Positions 1 through 24,500 of a stretch of 64,000 nt of DNA are shown here, piece after piece. Both the position numbers and the translations under genes were made by a program. The notes under the pieces were generated by a model. That model was not told where the DNA came from. It did no database searches and saw only the letters and a list, made by a program, of their open reading frames with translations. Every line of letters begins with the position of its first letter. Position 1 is the stretch's first letter. The DNA is taken from assembly GCA_964035545.1 (NCBI GenBank), contig OZ037767.1:14760998-14824997 (forward strand), read 5' to 3'. The stretch comes from Bugula neritina. Its lineage: Eukaryota > Animalia > Bryozoa.

Positions 1-309
1 TCATCTTGTAAAATCTAGTAATACAATAGTACCATATTTGATAGATATAGAATGATAATTAGGTTATAGCACATCTTTATAATTAAAGTAAATTAAAAGA
101 GTGTAGCATTTAATATAAGTTTGTGGTGATAAATAAGTTTTCCAATATAACATACAACTCGTAAAAAGTATGAAAATCATGTATAAATGCAATCACAATA
201 TAGACTACAATAAAGCTTTTATTATATAGGTGATTTTCCAATAAAATATAAACACACTTTGCCCTGTCATCTAATCACATTTTTAGACTGTGTACTTATA
301 ATGTTTTAG

Positions 310-498
310 AGCTCAGAAGAACAAGGAGTGCCTTGCCCTTCCCTAGATGTCACATATCAGGAAGACAGTATAAGTGAAGACCAGAAGAAAACAAACTTGG
401 AGTTGTTGGCTCCTGTGAGGGAAGAATTGCCAGTAAATAAAGACTCCATTAGTCACTCAACTCACAATGAGACACACCGTATGCTGCCGGCAGCCTAA
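310..498 (+). CDS. Probable terminal coding exon of a convergent gene starting left of the window (SSEEQGVPCP...HRMLPAA*)
   Basis: tgttttag acceptor ends at 309, followed by 63 open codons ending TAA at 496-498 in otherwise AT-rich DNA. No recognisable domain. Confidence 0.45.
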   Translation, partial: SSEEQGVPCPSLDVTYQEDSISEDQKKTNLELLAPVREELPVNKDSISHSTHNETHRMLPAA

Positions 499-1226
499 TT
501 GTCGTCATAGTCGCCACAAAGTCAGCAGTTTAACTAACCACCTAGAGATACTCTCTGTAATACTTTCTCTGTCAGACCTACAGAGATGAGAAGACAACTG
601 AGAAACATGGGGGGACACAACTCAGAGTGAGAGCCAGTGACACTGCGGCCTTGAACTCTAGCTACAAATATTTTGCTGAAAGAGCCACTGAGAGCTGGAT
701 AATACGTTGAGTATTTCTTTATTTCTCAAATGAATCAGCAGCAAACATAGCAGAATATTAGGGAAATATAACATGTTTATTATTACAACTAATATAATTT
801 CTTTTTAAAATAAATAATGTGATTTTGTATAATTTCCACCTCTATTTAACTATGTGGAAAATTTTGTATGCCAAATATTATGTTCATTTTGTTTTTTCAA
901 TAGAACAAGCAGCAAAATCAAATAAATGCTAGGAAAATCAACGTTTATTACTGAAAGGAATTCTTTTGAGGTAAATAAGGGTATTTTGCATAATTTATGT
1001 TTTTATTGAACCATGAGCGACGGTTTTATATAAAATTTATTAGAAATTATATAGGAATAATGATGAAATTTCAATGAGAAACTTTGTATAAAATATTAAT
1101 AAAGTTTTTAGGAGTTATTTCCCATGTTGAATCTTTGTTTCAAAAACAAGTAGTTTGAAGAAGAGAGTTACATTAATAACTTACATGTCAGCTCAAGACA
1201 AGCATGTGACTTGCAGACGTGTGACA

Positions 1227-14296
<13,070 letters not shown>

Positions 14297-15898
14297 CTGT
14301 AAAATACTGACTGTTGTAGACCGAATTACACTGATAGCATTTTTGTGGTTACACGACATTTCGAAAATGACAATTGAAAACACCTATTTGGAAAACAGAC
14401 AAATTACCAACAGACAACTCCAAAATAGACAGTTAGAAAATGGAAAATTAGAAAATAGTTGTTTGGAAAATGACATTTGAAAAATGAAGAATATTCAACA
14501 TGACCTAGTCCGGAGAGGTGCTTAGCATCCGGTAGGATCAAAATAGCTTTCAAAAATAAATATGAAGGCTATCATGGAAGTAAAATTAGTTACCGAAAAG
14601 CTCCAATTTAAAATTGCCGACATTTAGAAAAGGCTATTTTGACCCCCCTCCCCCCCCCCAGATGCTAAGGGCCCCTCTGGACTAAGCTATGCTGAATAGT
14701 TTTCATTTCCCAAATGTCATTTTCCAAGCGTCTATTTTCCAATTGTCTATTGCAGGGCTGTCCAACAGCGGCCCGGGCCGGATCCGGCCCTCCAGCTATA
14801 TTTGTGTGGCCCCCCAAGGTAGGTATAGCAAGTTACAAATTTTTGTTCATCAAATTTGCTAACTAGCCTGAAACAGCAGCTCATAGGATAGTTAAGAGCA
14901 TCCCCCAAAGAATTTCTATAAAAATGTAGTTTAAGTTCTTCTACAATATTGTTCTGTGGGTGGCATGCGTGCTGCCTACTTGTCATTGTTTAGTCTGAGA
15001 TCAAACTACAACCAATAACAGCAAGCTAGTCATTATATAGTCTGTTAGCTAGCAAGCCTGTGACTTATAGTAATGTAGACCCCTATAGTCTAGAAGTAAC
15101 TTATACTTCCCAAAAAGTGCTCAAAAAATTGGCTTATTACACTTTACTAGGTGGCCACTTAAAAAAAATTGTTTCTAGATCAGAATTTTGTGCTGGTTCT
15201 GAATCTATAAACTCTAGAATTCTATCTTTACCCAAACTAAAGTTATTGCAAAAAACAAATCGACATCTTGGATGGGTGATAAAAAGAAATGTGGATTGTG
15301 CAAAATAATATCCAATTTTACCAATTGCTATCTTGAAGAAAAAATGCTTGCTGAAATACCAAGAATTATTGCCTCTTACTTAAAATTCTATGCTGATACT
15401 GAATTTAAAGACTGCAAAATGCTATCTCAAATTAAAACCAAATTGTTTATATAAACATATATGTTTGTTATGAATCGACATATTGCATGCAGCATAAGCA
15501 TGCAGAATAATTGTATGACCAAGCTATTTATACAAAAATAAAAACAAAGTCATGCTAATGTGTGAAAAAATTATATTTATAAAATTATAGCACAAAATAA
15601 ATGTCGAAATGAATAAATATTGAAATCTTTTGAGCACAGCCCAAGTGAATCATTTGCTAGTATGTCAGTAGCCGTTAAACATCTGCAAAAATAAACAAAA
15701 TTCAGTGAAATTATTTAGAAAAACAGAAGTATGAGTGATGATCAAAATCAAATTGGTTGCAGCAAAATATATTACAAATGTCTAAAAATAGTGCTAAATT
15801 ATGAAAAAGTACTCTCGCCATCATTGTCACTGTCGTCAGTCTCATCAGCTTCTTCCCCAATATAGCGCTTCTTTTCATACAATCCTTAAGGCCTGGCC

Positions 15899-16480
15899 TC
15901 ACGCTTTACATTGACAAACATCAGTGCATGCACTGCATTTGAGACTTCTGACATCCACATCTTGGTGTGTTACAGCCGGTCTTACAGGAGCAGTTTAAAC
16001 TTTGCAATATACATGTTCAGGTGTGAAAACTTTATATTTATGCTGCCATGATTCTCAACAATCCTTCTATGATGTTCTGGGGTGGTGCATCAATATAGGC
16101 TGTTGTCACCCTTCTCCAAATGGCTGCCTGATAATTTTTTTCTTTTTAGGTGCAAATTTAATTCATCTTTTGTTGGAGGCAAACTGTATTGAGTTATTTT
16201 AGACGGTGAAAAAAATACAGTGTATCGGGCATCATCTATATTTGAATTTCCTGCTTCATAAAGTTTGTAGACAAATTGTTCTACTTCAGCCACTGTAATG
16301 GCTGGCAGCTTGAAATACTTCCCAAGGTGTTCAAAGCTTCTCATACATTATGGATACTTTCTCAAAAGAAAGTAGGCTGTGCGCTATCCTATTCCATAAA
16401 AAGCACTATAGTGGAACCACAACCTGTTAAAGCATGAAATCTAGTAAGTGCTGCACACAACTGCGGTCCGGATCTATTTG
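15899..16480 (-). pseudogene. Decayed AcademX-type transposase C-terminus (XPG-like domain plus Cys8 finger)
   Basis: GPQLCAALTRFHALTGCGST, EQFVYKLY...IDDARY, LPPTKDELNLHLKR and CSCKTGCNTPRCGC...CTDVCQC, with frameshifts. Confidence 0.7.
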
Positions 16481-19397
16481 CTGCAATGTTGACATCTAAA
16501 TACCTAATATGATTATGGTTACCTCCCAAATATAGACGCTATTTTTATTTTGTTACCATATATATTAATAATACCTATATAACTGTTGTATTGATTGCTA
16601 AATAGCTAATAGCCTATAATAGCTATAGTAGTTAACATGAATTATCTAGAATAATATTCAATTATTTTTACGAATTTGTGCGAGACAAAAAGCAGTAATA
16701 CATTAATAATAGACACTTTCTTTAATGGATACTTATTAACAAATTATCTTTTCAAACAACATGCAAGATGTATAAAATATAAAAATTAATAAGTTAATGC
16801 AGATCAAAGGAATTTATTTATATACATAATTAAATTCCCTTGATCAATGGCTTGCTATTTAGCACGTGCTAAATAGCAAGCCATTGATCCAAGTTTATTT
16901 AAATATACATATATTTCAGTAATATTAAAATAAATTGCACATAAAAAATACATTTTAGTTACCAAAATAGATAACTAGCGTCTAAGTAAGGAACTTAGCC
17001 TAGCCTCTATCTGGGATGACACCATGATTACCATACCCGTGAAAAAACACAATTGGTAAGAAGATAATCCTTTGCAAATAGCAAGACTTTGGACGAAAAC
17101 ATCAGTGTCTTGAGATTTGATTATTACACTTGGGCTTATGATGTTCATAAAATATTTTGCATGTAAAAAAGTTTGCTTCCTCGTGATCTAATTGTAAGCA
17201 TTTGAGTTGTGCTTCCTTAGGAATTCCACCATGTTTGAAAAACTTCAACTGAATGCAATTTTTTTTGGTATGCGTCAACTATAATAACAATATCATTCTC
17301 TAAAGTACTTTTACTCCATGTTTCACACAAAAACGCACCAGTCTCAAACGCAGCTTGTTTTATTTGCTAATAAGAAATCATTGTTTTTGTGACAAATGGC
17401 ACGCATGAAAAAAGTACATGCCTATGATCTTTGAATAAGGCAGCCCAAGATCATCTTTCTAATGAGTAGCTTAAATAATAAATATAACCATATATATTTT
17501 AAATTATAGAAAAGCTTTAAGGTATTTTTTCTGTGACTATAACTGAGCTAAATTGACTCTAGAGTCATTATATTAAAATAGTATAAAAATATGCATTTTA
17601 ACCAATAACATTGTTTTAAAAAACCAAATTGCTTATGTATATATAGTTCAGTTTAAATTTATTGGCAAAGCTCAATCGTACACATTTAAAATATTATCTT
17701 CCAGAGTCCGGACCAACCTGATCATGCTTCTCATTACTTTTTTTTGTAAAAGTAGTTATTATAATAAAAATCGTGAAGAAAATCATTATCAGATACAGAT
17801 TTTTGATCAATAATAATGTTTGCCTTATAACTAAAAAACCCATTCCTTTGCTTGTTTTCGTCCATATAGTCCACTTTTTTTCAGATGTTTTCACAAGAAA
17901 ATCACTAGAATAAAACTCAGAGAAGTGAAAAATCCATCTATGATTATCTGCAAAAGTTTTTGCTTGTATATATAATAAACTAGCTTCAATAATTTCAAGA
18001 TAACACTTAACAGATTTGGGCAAAGTTGTGGGGAAACAACTCCTGTAAAAGTTTAAAGAGCTTTTGTGACTAGCTGGGTGGACAGAAAAATTTAGAGCTT
18101 TTATAACAGAAAAGTGAGAAGAGTATCTATAATTATCAGCAAAATTATCTTGCTCATATAAAATAAATTAGCTTTAATAATTCCAAGATATTTGGCCGAC
18201 TCACAAAAATTTTGAGAGAAGACAACTCCTGATTCATTTTAAAAGTTTGAAGCGCTTTTGTGGCTAACTGGGTGCACAGAACAGTCTAGAGTTTTCACAG
18301 ATTAATTAGGACCCTTAAAGCTCTCTATTTTTAAAAAAATTGCGTGGCCACCCCTCGGAGTGTAATGAGTGAAAGATAATTGGAGGTTTTTTTCTAGACT
18401 ACTATATTATGTGCTCATCTCTACGCGTTCACTGAAGTGTGAAGTGATGCGCAGTGCTTACTACTTAAAAGAAATATACCATTTCCAGTGTATAAATCCA
18501 CAATTTATATAAAATCTAAAAGTCACTGCTTTTTTTATTCAGATATCGTGTTTTCCTGCTAAGATATTTTACTGGTACTAAAAAATCAACTTTTGAGGCA
18601 AAATTAGCCAAAAATGTGCAGTTTTTTTATAACTTTGCAAACGAATGAAAAGATTCCAAAAAAGTTGCACTGAGAAAAAAGAAGATTCACAAGATAGTTT
18701 TTAAATTTTGATTCTAGTAGCCTACAATTAAACGAGATTGTTTTTACTGGTGCTGAATTTTTACACAGTTACAATGCAAACCTCAGCAAGGCGGTTGCAG
18801 CTAAAAAGTTGCCTGTAACTATCCTGTGCAGACAGATATTTCAAAGACATTTAATCAGGATAGGCCATATAGAGAAAAAACTTTTTTGAAAGTATAACTG
18901 AGATCTCTCATTTTTATTGACTGTATTGTGAAAGATAAGTAGTTGAAGAATCCCTGACACACTTCACTTATGCAGTACTAAAATATTATTATGTATATGT
19001 TAGTTTTCATTTACATACTGTTTTAAGGTTAGATGCCTAAACAATTTTGTTTTATAATGAATTTTGTGCGAGTATGTACTGAAATGATTTGGAATCTATG
19101 ATCGCCTTGACCTTTGACCTTTGACTGTTTGTTAGATGCTGCACTGCACAGCATATCACTGAGATGGCTTGAAGGTTTGAACTTGGAACTTTCAATTTTC
19201 AGTCAAATGAAATACACAAAAATTAATACTACACTTCACTCACTAGTCAGCACTTAGTTCAGCAACTAAGGGTTATATGATCTGATACGAAACCAGATAT
19301 TAACAGAATTGTTCAAGGCAAACAGTACTCACTGTGTACTCACAAGTGTTTCACTGATGGTTGTAAAATATAACTATACCGGTATGAGTAGACTCTA

Positions 19398-19700
19398 ACC
19401 CCCTATTCACACTTACCGTATCGTACGCCGTAACAGCAAATATCAGCCATTTTTACAAATGTCTGAGCTTCCTGTACGGTATTGCGGTACGGTAGGATCA
19501 AGCACTGCTTGATTCAAATATGTTGCGGCAGACTCCTATTGGACAAAAAAACTTTTGCGTTAATTCATTGGATATAATTGTCCAATGAAGTGTGATAGAT
19601 CGTACCTAATAGCGGACTTTGGAAACTTCAGCCCGGACACATTAAAAATGGCCGATATTTGCTGTTACGGCGTACGATACGGTAAGTGTGAATAGGGGGT
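19398..19700. mobile_element. MITE with about 55-bp near-perfect TIRs, TA-flanked
   Basis: accccctattcacacttaccgtatcgtacgccgtaacagcaaatatc... is mirrored at the right end (...ggtaagtgtgaatagggggt). TA on both sides. Confidence 0.85.
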
Positions 19701-20209
19701 TAGCACTGGCACATCTTGTTTAAATTTGCATGTACAATCATGTATATATACTTTGTATGTATATATGTATAATTTGTTATCTATTTGTTTATATTTTATG
19801 CACACATATAAATGCATATATAATTATTGATTATTAAAGTAATAAAAATAAAATGTATCTTGTTTACCTATTTTAATTAAATGCATATATACACACATAC
19901 ACACCTATAAATAATATATATCTATTTAAATATGTTATGATGTTAATAAACATGCAAAGCCTAGCCATTGCTTATAATTACAATACATATAGCCTGCAGA
20001 TGTTTAATGAATCTTGAAAATTGATTTTAAAAACAGAAAAAATGTTGTGGCCCCGCTCAAGCTGAAACTTGCAGACTGGCTCTCGGTCTGAAAAGGTTGG
20101 ACACCCCTGGTCTATTGGTTATTTTCACGTTTTTCAAACAGGTGTTTTCCAATTGTCATTTCTGAAACGTCGTGGATTCAATTTTTGTATGTAAACAATA
20201 TTATAATAC

Positions 20210-20876
20210 TATGTTCTGTTTCATTGATGTTCTCTTAAAAAACTCATGCAAGTTTATAGTCACCATCCCTGTGAGAAACTCCTGGGCTTTTGTTAAAACG
20301 GGCTAAGGACTTATTCAGATGGAGCACAACAGCAATCATGACTGGATGCTCTTCCTAACATCACTAATGGTCTTTGTCAGGGTTCGAACTCATGACTCAT
20401 GTTTACTAAGCAAACGCTCTAACCCCTAGACCAGGGCTGCTCCCTTTTGATGCTCTCTTGGAACATTAGCAAATCTTGAATTAGCATTTGTGTATCATCA
20501 GAATGATGATCCCTTGCAGCAAGTAGAAAGTCTCTCACTAACTTTGTAGTAATTTTCGGTCTTAGATTTGAAGCGAGTCACATCAAACAGGTTTGCCTTT
20601 TTCTACTTTTTACATTATATATACCCCTTCTATATGATCTTTAAAGAAAGCTTCAGGTATGGTTGGCAGATAAAGTGAGAATAGTAAATTTGAAAAAAAA
20701 ACCATTTTGACTCAATGTTTTTTACTTTAGAATCACTTGAGAAAAATTCACTCATAGCTACATTTGTTGACATGCTCGTATGAAAAGCTTCAATAGTACT
20801 GGTGAACCTGTCTGTACAGCTAACCTTGTTAAGCACCTGCCAAAGGATAATTCAGCATTGAGTTTAAACTATCTGG
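20210..20876 (-). pseudogene. Decayed upstream exon of the Roco-caspase gene (stops, frameshifts, SINE insertion)
   Basis: Strong acceptor ending at 20877. Donor at 20209 is phase 1, matching exon A. Reading fragments LLFSLYLPTIPEAFFKDHIE and LVRDFLLAARDHH are interrupted by several stops. Confidence 0.45.
20237..20446 (-). mobile_element. tRNA-derived SINE
   Basis: Minus strand A box TGGTCTAGGGG and B box GAGTTCGAACC. 13-bp TSD TTGATG(T/C)TCTCTT at 20224-20236 and 20447-20459. Confidence 0.8.
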
Positions 20877-21110
20877 CTAAAATAAAAGTAAAATCATGCC
20901 GAAAGAAGTTTTTTGATTGAATATACATAAAGCTGTCTAATTTGTGGCATGATTTCTTAGTGCTGTGTAATTAGGCACTGATGAGAAATTTTTACAGAGC
21001 CTGGTTGCGTAGATTTTGAAAATAACTGACTGAGTACTTTTTTTGAGAAATAATAGAGCCAATGGCCTTTGATGACAGACTTGTTTTGAAATGAAATAGC
21101 ATAAGCTTAC

Positions 21111-21552
21111 GTGGTGACTGTAGCTGCTTCGGCAGCGATGGTGATCGTGACATTGATGGTGCGGTGGGCGATAGTGGTAGCCGGGATGATAATAGTTGTG
21201 GTGGTCGTGGTGGCTGTTTCGGTGATGGTGGTGGTTGAGATGGTGGTGGTTGTGATGGTGGTGATGGTAATAGTTGTGGTGGTCGTGGTGGCTGTTTCAG
21301 TGATGGTGGTGGAGATGGTGGTGGTTGTGATGGTGGTGGTGATAGTGGTAATAGTCGTGGTGGTCGTGGTGGCTGTTTCAGTGATGGTGGCGGTGATGGT
21401 GGTGGTGATGGTGGTAATAGTCGTGGTGGTCGTGGTGGCTGTTTCAGTGATAGTGGTGGTGATGGTGGTGGTGGAGGCTTTCTATAAAACCTTGGAGGTG
21501 TTTCAAGTGAAAGGATTTCTGCATTTCTGTCTTTGCAGTCTCTTGTCAGTTC
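21111..21552 (-). CDS. Proline-rich repeat exon (S[LP]KQPPRPP[RQ]LL x4)
   Basis: ttttag/gtaagc bounded, 442 nt, open, phase 0 to phase 1. ELTRDCKDRNAEILSLETPPRFYRKPPPPPSPPLSLKQPPRPPRLL... Confidence 0.6.
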
Positions 21553-24500
21553 CTAAAACAAACAGCTAGTGCTAGATATATATATTATGATGCTAATATT
21601 AAAGGCTGTTCATAAATTCTTGAGGTAGTAATGGAGATATTGAAAATGACATAAAACGATTCACTATAATTGTCCGATCACGTGATACAAAACTAACAAA
21701 ATTTGTATTCGTCGTGCCATTTTGGTCCGCTATCCGTCCAATTCGTTGATCGTGTGAATAAGCTATTAAACTACTTTTAATGACCTGTGAACTAGCGCGC
21801 ATAAGCATACAATAGATAATGTAAACTGTCAAGGATTTGATTATTATAATTCAATATTAAATTTTCGAACTCAGCAATAATCAAATATTGTAGTGTCCTT
21901 TATAATAAACAGTAAAATTTCATAAATTTGGTTTTATTTAGTTTGCTTGCTGACACTTTGCTGCCAATTTGTTCATAGCTGTTATAATATATATCAATTA
22001 GCAATTTAGCATTTACCGACATTGCCGCACACTGCGTTTGTGTTAATAATTGTCACATATTCCAACAGCGATGAATCACCCATCCTTAGTGTACTCTTTA
22101 GCACTTGTTTGTCACTGTTTTTATCTTCAAGACCATTTTAGTATCACTATATAGGTGCATTGCAAGTTTTATTCTGCATTCAAAAATCATGACTAAGAAA
22201 CTGAGTGCATTATAGCTGTACACGTGCACATGCCGACAATAACAGTTAAAATATTCACTTAGCCAGGACATTATCCGTAAGAACCCTCAAGCGTCAAGGC
22301 TCCATTCTCATCTACTCTCACATAATATCAGCTATTTTTTACAAACACGGTATAAAATGTTGCTTTCTTTATACTACTAACTCTCTCCTAGAAAGGGTGA
22401 AAGACTAGGTACGCTTTTATATATTATAAATTCGCTAATCTATACTATTATGTTGAATATTTTAATAATTATAAAACAAGCAATTTATCAAATTATCTTA
22501 TGTACTTTTCCGTGTTTAATTTGCTCTTATTCTATCATATTTTAATCATTTTGTTTTGTGAAAATTGTATTTTCACGATGTGAACAGTGTGAATAAAATA
22601 AACTATCTACACTAAAACATACACCCGTATGGAACTTTCATATCAAACTAGGAGGACAGTTACAAATATGATTTGCTAAATTTGGTAGTTCATTCTCAAT
22701 AAACCAAACTAAACATAATATGTACTTACAACGGGGAGTCCGCTAGAAAAGTTATTTTTACTTGAATTCATTCTCTCTGTGTGTTTCAGGTTTGTGAAAC
22801 AACAAAATTGCAAGAAACATAACTTATTTCACTTAGGAGCAGTAGTGGAGAAATTGAGATATCCCAAGTTCTTTAATTTTGTTGTTAAATTTTGTTTTGA
22901 GAGATGGTTGAAATTCTCGAGAGAACAGAACTTCTTATGCTACATTTCTTATCTAGAGCACAGCTAGACTTTTCTCAATTACTGCACCTATACCTCTTGA
23001 AAAGGGCACTACGTCACATTTGGCATTTTATGAAAATTCCTCCTTCCTAACAAAATACAAAGCTAAGCTTTAGACTGAAATATTGTTGAAAAATATATAA
23101 CTCTATTATGTATATCGCATCATCACAGTCATCATTTATAAATGAACAGAGGCAAATATACTAGTTTAATATTCAACTTCTATTACACATGTGCTGTGTT
23201 TGTCATCTCTACAAAGTTTAATTATGCTGGTTTATACAAAATAGACTTGAAACAAAACTTTGCTCATTTGATATTGACTAGAATGATGGAAAATTATGTT
23301 CTAGTACAGTGGTTCTCAACCTGGGGGGAATTCCCCCCTAGGGAGAAATTTGGACATTTTAGGGAGAATTTGGATTTTGAAAAATTCACGCATTTTGTTG
23401 AAGGCTTTTAAGCTCTTGCAAGTTACATGTATGTGCGTATCTATAAATCTTCATCTTAGTTCATTTATTTAACCGAACCATATTCTGCAATTCTACATGA
23501 ATGTATTTATTATAATTACTCTACCCTAAAAGATCTTTGTTCTCTTTCGAATGGAGGTCAAAAAGTTTGCAAAAACCAACAGGCCAACTTTTAGCAGCCA
23601 TGCAAACCAATTTCTATAAATTGTTTACTACATACCTAGTGAATATATTTGCTACACTAAATAATCTGAACCTAAAAAAGCAGGAGTGCAACCATCATAT
23701 TGCTTTTTATAGCAGCAGCAATGTTTTCAAAGTTACACTAAAGTGGTGGTGTTTCTATCAAAAACATGGTGTCTTTCCCCAATGACTCAATGAACTTTTA
23801 CAGAAGAAGAACCTGTTCCAATTTCAGGGCATAATTTCACAGTATCTCGTCCTCAGACATAACACTTATGTACCAATACGAGATACATTACATCATAATT
23901 AAATGTTGTCTATCGGCAAAAATTTTGCAGTAGCCAATCATAGTACTATAACAGGGCAGTCTGAGTGTAGTATCTCGTTTATCGGCATAATTATAATAGC
24001 CCGTAGTTGAAGATGGAGTTGGAAGCTTTTCAAATACCTCCCGCATATAATAGCATCTATGCTAGTGCTTAAAACTAAATAAACATTATGGTAGACCAAT
24101 AATCATGAAAGCTCTACTCATTTGTAACTGGAGGATTTGTAGCACCACAATACTAAATTTCTTGCATTGGAGGTGCTTAGGCTGTGTTGTCATAGTTATA
24201 TGTACTTATTGGGGCTTGGTATAAAATTAAACCTGACAATTATAAGGATTAAAGTATTATTGCTGTGGTTTCAACTGACCAACTTTGGAGTTATTATCTC
24301 GATTCTTTGTCAGGAATGGTTAGATAATTTCATGCAATAATGAGTTTTGGCTTTATATCATTATAAAGAATGAGTTTTGGCTTTATATCATTATAAATAT
24401 CTACATTGATGGCAGCACTGAGCTAGAATTCTAATATCTTTTCAAGCTCATTGGGTGGCAGCTTATCGGCTAAATTTTATGCAGATATTGAATAATGTGG

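Larger units (their letters stand above)
14753..20109. mobile_element. hAT (Charlie-like) element, non-autonomous, with nested inserts
   Basis: TIRs CAGGGCTGTCCAA / TTGGACACCCCTG. Exact 8-bp TSD GTCTATTG at 14745-14752 and 20110-20117. Confidence 0.9.
14347..20179. mobile_element. MULE-like foldback MITE split by a hAT insertion
   Basis: Left end ggttacacgacatttcgaaaatgacaattg matches the reverse complement of the right end caattgtcatttctgaaacgtcgtggattc. Internal inverted symmetry around about 14590. Flanks catttttgt / aatttttgt (8 of 9). Confidence 0.7.

Noticed and set aside
21111-21569. Val-rich + strand ORF resembling a membrane protein
   Set aside because: Antisense shadow of the splice-site-bounded proline-rich exon on the minus strand.
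22826-22935. Minus-strand LRR-like peptide (SLENFNHL...LKNLGYLNFS) as a seventh cassette
   Set aside because: No 141-nt ag/gt structure, no LPEVVTQL motif and it ends in a stop; could be chance in AT-rich DNA.
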